From an uncultured Verrucomicrobiales bacterium (GTDB lineage Bacteria > Verrucomicrobiota > Verrucomicrobiia > Verrucomicrobiales > DEV007), in the NCBI GenBank assembly GCA_938091905.1, contig CALKOM010000061.1:1-54554 (forward strand): a DNA stretch of 54,554 nt, in the 5' to 3' direction. This document shows, piece after piece, positions 1 through 10,087 of this stretch. Each line of letters starts with the position of its first letter. Position 1 is the stretch's first letter. The translations under genes and the position numbers were made by a program. A model generated the notes under the pieces. The model was not told the origin of the DNA, searched no databases, and saw only the letters and a list, made by a program, of their open reading frames with translations.

Positions 1-403
1 GCTTGGTGTCCCCTGAAGTTGATTTCAGCCCACAGGGCAAGGCTCTGTCGATTCAGCCTCGGATCTCAAGATTAACTGATTTCTTGGACAATCTTGCACC
101 AAGGTTCAGCAACATCAATTCCGCCCCAATTGGATTCTTCCTTGTCTGCGTAAACGACTCGCTACCAGGGGATAGCGAGATTTCGATTGCGTTCGAAGAT
201 CAGCGATTCACATGATTTCCATCCAGCCAATCTGACGGAGAGCCATATTTCTATCACAACAGAAATTCATGAAAAACGACCTTCGTCAACGATCCGGATA
301 GGCCACTGTGGTAAAGACTAATCACGGTGGCCACTTTGTTAGACTACAACTTCTGTTCGCACAGAATCCTTTGACCCAATCATCTTAACAATCTTTCCAA
401 ATC

Positions 404-811
404 ATGAACTACACCGTTATGACCTATCTCATCTACCTCGTTGTCAGCATCACCCTCACGGCTTGGATTGCCCGCACCTTGTTTCACAATAGACGGATCT
501 TTCTCGTCGATTGTTTCCTCGGCAAAGAAGACCTCGCAGACAGCATGAACCGCCTTCTCGTCATTGGTTTCTACCTAGTCAACGCGGGCTTCATCGCTCT
601 CTATCTCAAACTTGGCATCGAAGTGGTAGGAGCCAAGGAACTCCTAGAGACGCTGAGCGCGAAGATCGGGATTGTACTGCTTGTGTTAGGCGGTATGCAC
701 TTCACCAATATTCTGATCTTCACCAAACTACGCAAACGAGCCTTGCTTCCAACCGCTGCTCCACCGTTCCCCACCACGGCGACGGTGCTTCCACCAACAA
801 AACTCGGATAG
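404..811 (+). CDS. Conserved integral membrane protein (3 TM)
   Basis: 135-aa ORF with three hydrophobic segments (YLIYLVVSITLTAWIA; LLVIGFYLVNAGFIALYL; IGIVLLVLGGMHF). Resembles a small membrane family usually paired with DUF393 genes. Confidence 0.75.
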   Translation: MNYTVMTYLIYLVVSITLTAWIARTLFHNRRIFLVDCFLGKEDLADSMNRLLVIGFYLVNAGFIALYLKLGIEVVGAKELLETLSAKIGIVLLVLGGMHFTNILIFTKLRKRALLPTAAPPFPTTATVLPPTKLG

Positions 812-821
812 GGGAGCGCTA

Positions 822-1182
822 ATGCAATAGCTAACAGTCTTCTACGAAGGCAAGTGTGACCTGTGTCATGCTTCTCGTCAATGGCTTAGCATCCAGCCCA
901 AGTTCTTCGATTTGCGCTTTGTCGCCTTCCAGTCGGAAGAGGCCACAGCCATCCTTCCCGCCCTGGCAGACTATCAGCCAGATCGCCAATTGATTGTCCT
1001 TAGTGACGACGGTCGCCTGTATCTCGGTGATGGAGCGTGGATCATGTGTTTCTATGCCTTGGCCGACTATCGCGAATGGGCGCAGCGTCTAAGCAACACC
1101 CGCCTTGCGCCCGCTGGCCAAGCGTCTGTGTAAGGCGATATCCAAACATCGCTTGGCACTCTCGGCGTGGGTTCTCAGCTAA
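822..1182 (+). pseudogene. DCC1-like (DUF393) thiol-disulfide oxidoreductase, disrupted
   Basis: ATG at 822, then in-frame TAG at 828-830, then LTVFYEGKCDLC (DCC motif) continuing in frame into ORF 912..1133. A frameshift near 1095-1100 puts the expected tail LRPLAKRLCKAISKHRLALSAWVLS* in another frame (TAA 1180-1182). Confidence 0.75.
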
Positions 1183-1530
1183 AACACATGCTCAATAGAG
1201 TATTCTCGCGAATTGCCTCCACTTCATGGAAGCGCTAGTCTCTCGTCCGCGAAGAGAAAAGGTGTTAGTCATCGAGTGACGTTTCTTGCAAGCGTCGCCT
1301 TGGGACCTGGTGGTCGGGGTGGGAAGAGTCGCAGCTAACGATGTTCCTGTGGGCGCCACTCAGGGGCCCCTTCGCTCTTGTCCAAACTTCGGTCACCAGT
1401 ACTGTCCGACTTGCCCCCTCCGCCCACTAAGCAAGACATCATTGCCGCCACTGGAATTGGGTAGTTGGATCACCTCTTGCTACGGTTGCCAGAGGCAACG
1501 GCCCCCGAAGTGTAGTCCTTAGCCGAAACA

Positions 1531-1950
1531 ATGCGAATGGCCATGGAGCTTGGCGAGTGTTTCCACGCCTCTCTCTCCCAACAGTTTTGGACCCTGCTGT
1601 TCCAGCGCTGGTTGGAACTCAATCCCCCGGCGTTAGCCTTTGAAGCCGCCGCCCCCGAGTAGAGAAGCGATCACAATCTCAAGACACTGGTTGGGAAAAG
1701 CACGCTTCACGGCTACTGGGCACAAGTGGATCCAGATAGCGCGCTCGAATCCGCAGGCGATTCCTTGTTAAACTTCGCGGTGATTAAGCCGCTACAACTC
1801 ACTGCGCCTTGGCGCGCCTTAACATTAGCACGCACACTGGAGAGTGGACCCGGCAAGACCTATCTGGGATCCCTCGAGTTTCCCGAGAACGAAGCTCAAT
1901 TCATGGAGGAAGCTCTGGAGCGGGTCACGGGGAACTGGTTGTTCCGCTGA
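1531..1950 (+). pseudogene. Remnant of a Verrucomicrobia-type hypothetical protein (W-x-x-x-[DN]P-x-x-A repeats)
   Basis: One frame reads LLFQRWLELNPPALA...*...GYWAQVDPDSALE with in-frame TAG at 1660-1662. The repeated WxxxDPxxA motif is common in verrucomicrobial hypotheticals (from recall). Confidence 0.4.
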
Positions 1951-1954
1951 TCAC

Positions 1955-1984
1955 TATTCGCGTGCATTCGTGTCTATTCGTGGT
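1955..1984. repeat. Short 10-bp-period repeat (YATTCG-N4) x3, REP-like
   Basis: tattcgcgtg cattcgtgtc tattcgtggt, immediately upstream of the cysteine desulfurase start. Confidence 0.5.
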
Positions 1985-1996
1985 GTTCATTATCCC

Positions 1997-3169
1997 ATGA
2001 TCTACTTGGACAACAACGCGACGACTCAGCTACATCCCGAAGCCTTGGAGGCGATGATGCCGTTTCTGACCGACGCCTATGCCAATCCCTCCAGCGGCTA
2101 TGCAAGTTCACGGCGAGTCAAGAAGGCGGTCGATCTGGCACGAGATCAAGTCGCTAGTTTGTTAGGTGCCCACCCTGAAGAGATTATCTTCACCAGTGGC
2201 GGTACCGAGGCCGATAATACCGCCATTGCGTCGGCCACAGCTTGTTTGCCTCAGAAGAAGCATCTTGTTGCAAGTACGCCCGAGCACCCTGCCGTGATCC
2301 AGTTTTTTGAAATGCTAGAACAAGAGGAAGGTCACTCCTTTAGCCTAGTCCCAGTGGATGGCGAGGGGCAGCTCGATCTCGATCAACTTGACGCCATGAT
2401 CAAGCCTAACGAAACCGCCCTCGTCTCGCTCATGTGGGCAAACAATGAAACCGGCGTGATTTATCCCATCGCCGAGATTGCGCAACGCTTGGCCCATAAA
2501 GGCGTGTTCTTCCATACCGATGCCGTACAAGCTGTGGGCAAGACACCTATCAACGTCCATGATGCGGGAGTGCATTTCTTGGCTCTGTCAGGACACAAGT
2601 TTCATGGACCCAAGGGCGTGGGCGCTCTTTATGCCAGCTCCAACGTTCGACTGAAGCCTCGGTTCATCGGTGGAGCCCAAGAACTGGGCCGACGCGGTGG
2701 CACCGAGAACGTCGCAAGTATCGTAGGACTGGGTAAGGCAGCTGAACTTATGACAACCAAATTGGCCACCAAGGGTCAGGAGAAGGTGCGCATCGAGCGC
2801 GACTACTTTGAAGCGAGCCTAACAGCACGCCTTCCTGGTGTCCGTGTGAATGGGCATCCCGAGAATCGCCTAACTAATACGGCCAACGTTGCGTTCGATG
2901 GTATCGAGTCGGCCGCCTTATTGATCATGCTAGATCAAGAAGAAATCTGCGCCTCAGCCGGATCTGCCTGCCACACCGGTGCCCTACACAGCTCTCCCGT
3001 GCTTGCAGCCATGGGCTTCGACCGGGAACGAGCTTTGGGAACTGCTCGGTTCTCGCTCTCGTCCTTCACCACTCGGGAAGAGCTTGATCAGGCAATTAAG
3101 ATCATTGCCAGTTCCGTTGAGAAACTGCGTAGCATGCGCTCTGGCTCTGGAGTGAGCGTGTCGTCTTAG
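1997..3169 (+). CDS. iscS: Cysteine desulfurase (IscS/NifS family, class V aminotransferase)
   Basis: MIYLDNNATT start, FTSGGTEADN, HTDAVQ, SGHK (PLP lysine), SAGSACH (catalytic Cys). True start is ATG 1997, not 1844. Confidence 0.93.
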   Translation: MIYLDNNATTQLHPEALEAMMPFLTDAYANPSSGYASSRRVKKAVDLARDQVASLLGAHPEEIIFTSGGTEADNTAIASATACLPQKKHLVASTPEHPAVIQFFEMLEQEEGHSFSLVPVDGEGQLDLDQLDAMIKPNETALVSLMWANNETGVIYPIAEIAQRLAHKGVFFHTDAVQAVGKTPINVHDAGVHFLALSGHKFHGPKGVGALYASSNVRLKPRFIGGAQELGRRGGTENVASIVGLGKAAELMTTKLATKGQEKVRIERDYFEASLTARLPGVRVNGHPENRLTNTANVAFDGIESAALLIMLDQEEICASAGSACHTGALHSSPVLAAMGFDRERALGTARFSLSSFTTREELDQAIKIIASSVEKLRSMRSGSGVSVSS

Positions 3170-3171
3170 CG

Positions 3172-6015
3172 TTACTTCTTGTTCAAGCGAAGCCGAGCGA
3201 AGGAAAACCCTTCTTCGGTCGCATTGGGAGCGAGGCCAACCATCACCTCCTCGAGATCGACGTCGATCGAGCGAACAACAGGCTCCAGCACAAGATCCGG
3301 AAGGTGCCTCCAATCCTTAAGATCTCTGGAGACCTCGACCACGAAGTCAGCCATGTCATCGGCATCTTTGCGACGCTTGAAACAAAGCGCAAAGTGTTCC
3401 GCACCATCGTCACCGGTCACCCACTCGGTCCAGACCGCTGAAGGCTCGCTCGCATCTGTGGGATTACGTCCTAGCAAGAACTCCTCAAAGTCGGTCCAAC
3501 GATCACCATCGTAGTTCTCATCCAAACGTCGTCCGGGAGCTGCTTCGGCCGGGAGTTCGGGGAGGAACTGGTCTAACCACTCAACGAATGGCGCTGGGAG
3601 GGGGCGGGGCTCGGGAACGATCACGACGTCGCTTCCGTGAAGCAGTCTAGTTGCATAAGTGGTTCCATTCATGCGGAACTCGATCGTATAGACCGAGCCA
3701 TGCGGGAGAATGCCAGGAAACTCTCCATCGGACAACGGGTCGGCACCGCTTCCATCACCTGGTGGACCATCAACGGGAATAGGCTCATTGCCTTCCACCT
3801 CTCCACCAATTTGCGCAGGTTTCTCAATCAAGTCGATGGGCGTCTCCGTCTTCGCAATGGCGATTGCGGAAACCGGATACACAATGGCCTGAGTGCAGAA
3901 CTCTTGCGGATCAGGGAGACGTTCACGGTAGCAAACGTTGATCACCCCATTGTCTAACGTGACCTCCTGGATCCCCACATTAAAACAACCATTTGGCTTA
4001 GCCCCAGCGAAAACGGCGATCAGTGTCATTTCATCGAAGTTCACAGGATCGGGAGCGGGCAAGACGAGAGGTCCCGGCTCAAAGCCGATGAGTTCCCACC
4101 ATTGCTCCCGGGATTCAATGATCACGTTTCGTGGCCGCTCTTCCTGGACCTTGAGGTCAAGGCGTTCGAAGTCAATCTCTTCTGTCCTTCCAAAGAGGGT
4201 GAGCGGATACACGTTGGACTCAAAGTAAGGAAGCTCCGGCGCTCGGATGAAGTTCACCTCAGAAGCTTCTGCATCGAGAATGAAATGGTTTCCCTGACGA
4301 ATCACGGGGCCCCAATCGCTCACCGTATAATAGGGGAATCCAGTGAAGGTAACTTCGACAAAGGCACTTACAGAGTTGTCATTTCCTTCACTAATTTCGA
4401 CCGTCGCCCTAGCAGGAATACGATCATCATTCTCGCCAACCGTAAACTCAGCCTTCGCATAAGCCACCTCATCTATACGGAAGACCACGCTATAGTGCCC
4501 GTCGTCCAAATCCTGAGTTTCGACATCAAATACCTCGACCGGTGGTGGGCTCGGAAAAGCAATCGTATCGCCTCGGAAACGAACCGGCAGCTTCGTCTTC
4601 GGAATGGCTACCATGTGCCCGGGGCGAACGATTTCGGGATCTTTATGCTGAACGCCTGGATACGACGTGAGATGATCCACAACGATGCTGGAGCCAAAGT
4701 CCCTCACCGCCGTGATGGCAATGTCAATGCCCTGCTCAGTCTCACCAGCGAAAGCGGCCAACACGATGTTGCTCTCGAAGTCTACGGGAATCGGTGGAAG
4801 CACTGCACGGATGTGCGGAGGCCAGTTATCACGAACCCAATTGGACCACTCCACCTCCGTTCTAAAGACAACTGCCGCTGGCTCCGTTGGGCGCAGGTAG
4901 GATGGGATGAGATCCAAAGTTTTGAAGCTGATTGGGCGCCCTTCTTCCTCGTCGCCTTCGGCCCCATGGAGCAAATAATCGTGCTCCGCATTGTAAGGCT
5001 CGGTATTGAAAGACTCTAGAGGGCCATTGGAAGTCGCATCTAAATAGATGGTATTGCCGTCCTGGCGAGGCTCACCCCAGTCTCCAATGTGATAGATGCT
5101 ACCATCCCCATTCGACTCGATCGTTACCGCAACATGTCCGATCACCGTTTCTCCATCGCGCTTGATTGTCATCTCGGCGCTCGCAGGGATCTCGTCAGGA
5201 GGATCCTCGCGCACCTGGAAGCGCTGCACCCTCTGCTGATTACCGTCGTGGTGGTAAACGAGATAGGTGCCAGGACCCACGAGTGGAAGCCGGTAGTCGC
5301 GCTCAAGAACAATGGGCGCATCCGTGAAGGCATCTGAGGGGTAGATGGCTTCGAACTCGATGTCGAAGCGGTTGCCTTCTTGTTCAGGTTCTCCCCAATT
5401 GATCACTTCGACAGGCCCTTGTGAGAAATGATAGACTGCGTGAACCGTGAACGTGCCATCATCATTCTGCGCAACTTTAATCTCCACTTCTTCAGGAATG
5501 GCCGGACGCGGTTGGCCAATCGCCATCTGGAAATCGCCGAGGTAATCAGGTCCTAAGGCCCCGCCACCCGTGAACTCAATTTGTTCAGGCTCCAGGAGAA
5601 CGACATAACGCCCATTATCGGATTCTCGCCAGCCGTCGGCCACAGTTGGCTCAACATGGTAAAGAGCCACAGTCGGAGCGATCCGCGCTAAATCAGGATC
5701 TTCTTCAATCAAGCCCCCATCGTGGTTCATGTCAGGATCTGGAGACACGATCGGACCGGGCTCTACACGAACGAAAGTAGCGAGTTGTTGAAATCCATTC
5801 CTACTCACCACCCAAAGATCTTCGTTGTCCAAACTTGCCACGTTGACAGGATGCCAGAGGACCAGACGCAGCTCGATGGGGTCATTGGAGGGATCGTAAA
5901 CGTCCTGAACTTCAAGATTCGGACCTCCAGACCAAAGGGACTCGGCCGAAGAAGGGTTCGCAACAACGAGCATTGCCAGACAGGCCCCGGCGAGTGTATT
6001 AAAATATCGTTTCAT
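3172..6015 (-). CDS. Large secreted protein with Ig-like repeats and two PrcB-C-terminal-like domains
   Basis: Signal peptide; three WG.P...GN.F.LDA repeats; two PVDF....L..F.G....G..I.I..V domains (PrcB-like); DGDRWTDFEEFLLGRNP; C-terminal VEVSRDLKDW...FARLRL. Confidence 0.8.
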   Translation of the reverse strand: MKRYFNTLAGACLAMLVVANPSSAESLWSGGPNLEVQDVYDPSNDPIELRLVLWHPVNVASLDNEDLWVVSRNGFQQLATFVRVEPGPIVSPDPDMNHDGGLIEEDPDLARIAPTVALYHVEPTVADGWRESDNGRYVVLLEPEQIEFTGGGALGPDYLGDFQMAIGQPRPAIPEEVEIKVAQNDDGTFTVHAVYHFSQGPVEVINWGEPEQEGNRFDIEFEAIYPSDAFTDAPIVLERDYRLPLVGPGTYLVYHHDGNQQRVQRFQVREDPPDEIPASAEMTIKRDGETVIGHVAVTIESNGDGSIYHIGDWGEPRQDGNTIYLDATSNGPLESFNTEPYNAEHDYLLHGAEGDEEEGRPISFKTLDLIPSYLRPTEPAAVVFRTEVEWSNWVRDNWPPHIRAVLPPIPVDFESNIVLAAFAGETEQGIDIAITAVRDFGSSIVVDHLTSYPGVQHKDPEIVRPGHMVAIPKTKLPVRFRGDTIAFPSPPPVEVFDVETQDLDDGHYSVVFRIDEVAYAKAEFTVGENDDRIPARATVEISEGNDNSVSAFVEVTFTGFPYYTVSDWGPVIRQGNHFILDAEASEVNFIRAPELPYFESNVYPLTLFGRTEEIDFERLDLKVQEERPRNVIIESREQWWELIGFEPGPLVLPAPDPVNFDEMTLIAVFAGAKPNGCFNVGIQEVTLDNGVINVCYRERLPDPQEFCTQAIVYPVSAIAIAKTETPIDLIEKPAQIGGEVEGNEPIPVDGPPGDGSGADPLSDGEFPGILPHGSVYTIEFRMNGTTYATRLLHGSDVVIVPEPRPLPAPFVEWLDQFLPELPAEAAPGRRLDENYDGDRWTDFEEFLLGRNPTDASEPSAVWTEWVTGDDGAEHFALCFKRRKDADDMADFVVEVSRDLKDWRHLPDLVLEPVVRSIDVDLEEVMVGLAPNATEEGFSFARLRLNKK

Positions 6016-6208
6016 AGACTAGGATTACGTTCAGGACGGCAAGAGCTGCCTCCACCGCAATGCAACGACATTCCCCAAAGAAATCATCGGGGAAATGTCC
6101 CGCCAGCGCCAGATTATCTCATCCGCCCTGGCATGAGTGCTGCTTTCCCACACTTGCCGCAGTGGCGAGCTTCGCTAGGCTGGAAGCGAATTCATCCCTG
6201 CAAATCCT

Positions 6209-9200
6209 ATGAAATACCCTGCACCTCTCGTCGCCTTAAGTTGTGCTCTCGGAATGGCCCTCTCCGTTCAGGCTCAGGTCCTCTACACCGAGGCCTTTGA
6301 TTCAGAAGCCACCGCCAATGTCGTCGTCGACAAGGATGCCGACACCGTCGTCCAGTACTTAGACTACAGCAGTTTCATGGTGGGCGCGGAGACCTTTAGC
6401 ATCCCTGAAGCCCCAAACAAGCTCGATGGCAGTGCCCTAACCAGCGGTGTCTTCCTTCAAGCAAATCTCGCAGGCGGAGCACCTTCGACCATTAACTTCC
6501 TCGCAGCAAGCAGCCCAGGCGGCGACTTGATCAGTGTTTCCGGAACCTACCGTCTGACCTTCGATTGCTACATCAGCGTCAATGATCCCATCCCCGGGGG
6601 CGGTACTGAACAGATTCTTTGGGGTGTTGGAACCGCCACTAGTCCTGCCATTTTTAGCCGTGTCTCCACCGTTGGTGAAAATGTTGATCCGAATGATCTC
6701 AAGGGCATGTGGGGCTGGCTTGCGGGGGAGAACGGTTATAGCACGGCAGACTCGGCAATCTTCAATGGCACCGAGGAGATCGAGCGCAAAGCGGATGGGG
6801 CGCCTCCCGAGTCTACCGATCTTTGGAATGCCGCCTTTAGCACGGTGATTGGTGGTCAGGTCAACAATGTTCCTGCCTTGGCGTGGACCGAAGTGACTAT
6901 CGACGTTTTCAGCGATGTGGTGCGGGTGCTCTTCAACGGGCAACTCTTTCACGAAGCGCCCATCACCGAGGCTGACACCACGGGCACACCGCTCTTCGGC
7001 TACGAAGATTCCTTCGGCTCCATTTCAGGCGAACAAGACTTTCAGTGGTGTTTGATCGACAACGTCTTAGTCGAACAGATCGTGGAACCGGCCCTGGCCA
7101 TCGCTACCAACGCGCCGTTCGAAGTGATCACCGTTCCAGCTGGTGTTTCCACCGCCACTTACACCATAACGAACAAACGTGAAGTCGAACTCAACCTTAC
7201 GGAAGCCAATGTCACCGGAGACGACAGCGGACTCTTCGAAGTTCTTACCGAGTTGCCATTAGCTATCGCTCCCGGAGAAACTGCCATGCTCGACCTGCGC
7301 TTCAATCCTGGAGCAACTTCGGGTAAACGCGCCGCAACGCTCGAGCTGATAACCGATGATCCTGACACTCCCACCACAACACTGCCGTTAAGCGCCTCAC
7401 GCTTTGGCGAACTCCTTGCCCAGTTCAAATTTGACGAAACCGGCAACCCAGCTGTCGACGCCTCCGGGAACGGCACCGTCGGCGCCTATGCCACCGGCCG
7501 ATTTGATCCTGGCTTTGAAGCGCCTTCCCTCGTCGGCGGCGCGGGCTCTTCCGTCACGTTCACCGACGCCCACGCCTCAGGCACTGGCAACTGGGCCATC
7601 TTCGATGTCCTTCACACGCCGTCTGTCTCCCTCTCAATGTGGATCCAGCCCAGTGGCGGTGAAGGCACGGACGTGATCTTTAACCGTAATGATACACCCA
7701 ACTTCGTCGACAGCGACGGTGTTTATGGCTTAGCGTTGAACGATGATGGCTCTCTTAGCCTTCGCATCCGAGATAAAGACATCTTGGCTACCAATCCAGG
7801 CACGATCGAAGAGGACACGGCCTACCACATTGTCGTCACTCATCGCGATGACGATGGTTTCGACAATGAAACTGCCGCACGCACGCGCCTCTACATTGAT
7901 GGCGAGATGGTCGCCGAAGCGACTGGCTTGAACACGGTTGGATTTGGTGATTACCCCGACGACGCACGGGCCACTGAACTCTATGTGGGCACGCGGATCG
8001 CTGCGGGTAGCGGCTATGCAGGTGCTTTCGACGAATTCCAAGCCTACCGCGTCGAGCTTGAACCGCGCCAAATCTCCCAGCTCTTCAACGAACCAGAGAC
8101 TACCGCGCGTTTTGATAATCCTAATCTCTTCGTTAGTGCGACCGGGGACTTTGGTTCGGTCGAGGATGGTGGGCCCATCTCTCAGATCATTAAGCTTTCC
8201 AATACCGGAGCCTCGGAGACCCTCACCATAACAGAAACAACCGTCGCGGGTGACAATGTTGCCAATTTCACCTTCACTGAGTTTCCCACCTCTCTTGCTG
8301 CCGGCGAAACCCAAGAAGTCACGGTCACCTTTGATTCCGAGGGCACCTTTGGTCAATTCTCCGCCATTCTTCAGGTCGATAGCAACGATGAGAATAATAA
8401 CATGCTCACGACCGAGCTCGCCGCGCTCGTGCCAAACCCGAGTGGGTTGTTGGCCCACTACAAACTAGATGAGACTAGCGGCGACATTCTTGCTGATGCC
8501 TCAGGCAATCGGCGTCCGGCGCGTATCCTTGCCGAAGGTGGCGGCACCGTAGCACTAGGCGAAGAAGCCCTTGCCAGCGGCACTTCGATCCGCCTAGTTG
8601 GTGGCGATGACAGTGTGCTTTCAGTCATCGAAGTTCCCGCCACGGCTTCCCTGCCCGCCCTTCCAACATTCACTGCTTCCATGTGGTTCGAATTTGACCC
8701 AGCCGATGAAGGTACCGCCTCGGTCCTCTTCTCAATCGGCGACAATCTAGAAGAAGCCGCTGCCCTCGCCTTGCCCATCGCAACGGAAGAACAACCTCTT
8801 CAGTGGATCGTCCAACAAGTAGGTGGTGAACAAACAGAAGGGGAACTTCTTAAATCACGCACGCCCTATCATCTTGTCATGACGCACACCGACACCCAAC
8901 CTGGCGAGTCCGGCGCTGACCTGTTAGAATTCTACCTCAATGGCGTCCTCGTCGAATCGATCAAAGAACCTGTGGATGCCCTCGTCAGCACGCGAAACAC
9001 CCCTGTCCTCTTCGGTGGCGTGCCAGGGATTTCCGGAATGGTCGGACGCCTCGATGATCTCCAACTCTACGAAACCGCACTATCCTCAGATGACGTGGCC
9101 TTTCTTTTCGAGAATCCTGGCATAGCCATTGGTGGCCCCACGGAACCAGAGCCCACCATCGACACTGACGGTGACGGCCTCACAGATGCCGAGGAGACTG

Positions 9201-9520
9201 CTCTCGGCACAGATCCTAATGTAGCAGACACCGACGGTGACGGTTTCTCTGATGGCCAGGAAGTCGCTGCCAAAACGGACCCTCTGAGCCAGAGCTCTCT
9301 GCTCGCAGCCGTTGGCGTTTCATCACCCGATGGCACCCGCACAGTGACTTGGAAAAGCCAGCCCGACGTGATCTATAAGGTCGACGTTTCAGAGGACCTC
9401 ATCACCTGGGCAACGATTAGCGATAACGCTGTCGGCGCCGCGGGTGAAACCACCTCTCTCCCACACGCAGATGCACCAGCTGGCGAGGCCTACTACCGCG
9501 TCAGCGTGAAGACTGAATAG
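6209..9520 (+). CDS. Secreted LamG-like jellyroll / choice-of-anchor-D (Ig-like) / TSP3-like repeat protein
   Basis: Signal peptide; two [Ig-like + LamG] units (LAQFKFDE...DASGN, YHIVVTH...LYIDG...FDEFQAY; LAHYKLDE...DASGN...LDDLQLY); DTDGDGL repeats; C-terminal VDVSEDLITW...YYRV. Confidence 0.85.
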   Translation: MKYPAPLVALSCALGMALSVQAQVLYTEAFDSEATANVVVDKDADTVVQYLDYSSFMVGAETFSIPEAPNKLDGSALTSGVFLQANLAGGAPSTINFLAASSPGGDLISVSGTYRLTFDCYISVNDPIPGGGTEQILWGVGTATSPAIFSRVSTVGENVDPNDLKGMWGWLAGENGYSTADSAIFNGTEEIERKADGAPPESTDLWNAAFSTVIGGQVNNVPALAWTEVTIDVFSDVVRVLFNGQLFHEAPITEADTTGTPLFGYEDSFGSISGEQDFQWCLIDNVLVEQIVEPALAIATNAPFEVITVPAGVSTATYTITNKREVELNLTEANVTGDDSGLFEVLTELPLAIAPGETAMLDLRFNPGATSGKRAATLELITDDPDTPTTTLPLSASRFGELLAQFKFDETGNPAVDASGNGTVGAYATGRFDPGFEAPSLVGGAGSSVTFTDAHASGTGNWAIFDVLHTPSVSLSMWIQPSGGEGTDVIFNRNDTPNFVDSDGVYGLALNDDGSLSLRIRDKDILATNPGTIEEDTAYHIVVTHRDDDGFDNETAARTRLYIDGEMVAEATGLNTVGFGDYPDDARATELYVGTRIAAGSGYAGAFDEFQAYRVELEPRQISQLFNEPETTARFDNPNLFVSATGDFGSVEDGGPISQIIKLSNTGASETLTITETTVAGDNVANFTFTEFPTSLAAGETQEVTVTFDSEGTFGQFSAILQVDSNDENNNMLTTELAALVPNPSGLLAHYKLDETSGDILADASGNRRPARILAEGGGTVALGEEALASGTSIRLVGGDDSVLSVIEVPATASLPALPTFTASMWFEFDPADEGTASVLFSIGDNLEEAAALALPIATEEQPLQWIVQQVGGEQTEGELLKSRTPYHLVMTHTDTQPGESGADLLEFYLNGVLVESIKEPVDALVSTRNTPVLFGGVPGISGMVGRLDDLQLYETALSSDDVAFLFENPGIAIGGPTEPEPTIDTDGDGLTDAEETALGTDPNVADTDGDGFSDGQEVAAKTDPLSQSSLLAAVGVSSPDGTRTVTWKSQPDVIYKVDVSEDLITWATISDNAVGAAGETTSLPHADAPAGEAYYRVSVKTE

Positions 9521-9582
9521 AGCACATGCACTTACATAGTCGTATCTGGATGCGTAAGCATTCAGACTTCTAGCCCGACCCA

Positions 9583-10086
9583 TTACTCCTTAGCCGCCTG
9601 CCGACGTTCACGGAAGAAACTCTGCAAGATACCCAAACACTCGTCGTGCATCACCGAATCGGTGATTTCACACGCGTGATTCAGGCTCGGATGTTGAAGT
9701 AAATTCAAGAGGCCACCGGCCGCACCGCCCTTCTCGTCGGGGCAACCAAAGATCACCCGACGCAGTCGACAATGCACGATAGCACCAGCACACATCGGGC
9801 AGGGTTCTTTCGTCACGTAAAGATCGCATTCTGTCAGTCGCCAGTCTTCGATCACACTCTGCGCTTGCGTGAGGGCTAACATTTCCGCATGTGCCGTCCC
9901 ATCCTTGAGCGTTTCGACTTGGTTGAACGCCCGCGCGATGACTCGTTGATCCTTCACGATGACCGCTCCGATTGGAACCTCCTCCTGCTGGTAAGCACGC
10001 TGCGCCAGACGCAACGCTTGCCCCATGAAATGATCATCGCTCTTCAGATCGATCAACGGCGCGGCGTAAGGAGGGTCGTCGCTCAT
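9583..10086 (-). CDS. tadA: tRNA adenosine(34) deaminase
   Basis: EVPIGAVIV, TAHAEM, EPCPMCAGA motifs; likely start MSDDPP at 10086. Confidence 0.93.
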   Translation of the reverse strand: MSDDPPYAAPLIDLKSDDHFMGQALRLAQRAYQQEEVPIGAVIVKDQRVIARAFNQVETLKDGTAHAEMLALTQAQSVIEDWRLTECDLYVTKEPCPMCAGAIVHCRLRRVIFGCPDEKGGAAGGLLNLLQHPSLNHACEITDSVMHDECLGILQSFFRERRQAAKE

Positions 10087-10087
10087 G

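Noticed and set aside
1..403. ORF 3..215 or a TetR remnant upstream of the membrane gene
   Set aside because: No recognisable motif in the frames examined; cut by the window edge.
1190..1522. ORF 1286..1522 and a minus-strand SGGNDVLL (SGNH-like) snippet
   Set aside because: Isolated short match with no supporting blocks; probably degraded sequence.
1844..1996. N-terminal extension of the cysteine desulfurase (similarly for tadA, gltX, the kinase-PP2C and DUF2203)
   Set aside because: Family homology begins at downstream ATGs; the extensions overlap neighbours or repeats.
4102..5019. 305-aa + strand ORF
   Set aside because: Antisense shadow of the 947-aa gene; no motifs.
9160..9290. Repeated gacactgacggtgacggc / gacaccgacggtgacggt as a DNA repeat array
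   Set aside because: Explained by coding DTDGDG calcium-binding repeats; not CRISPR-like.
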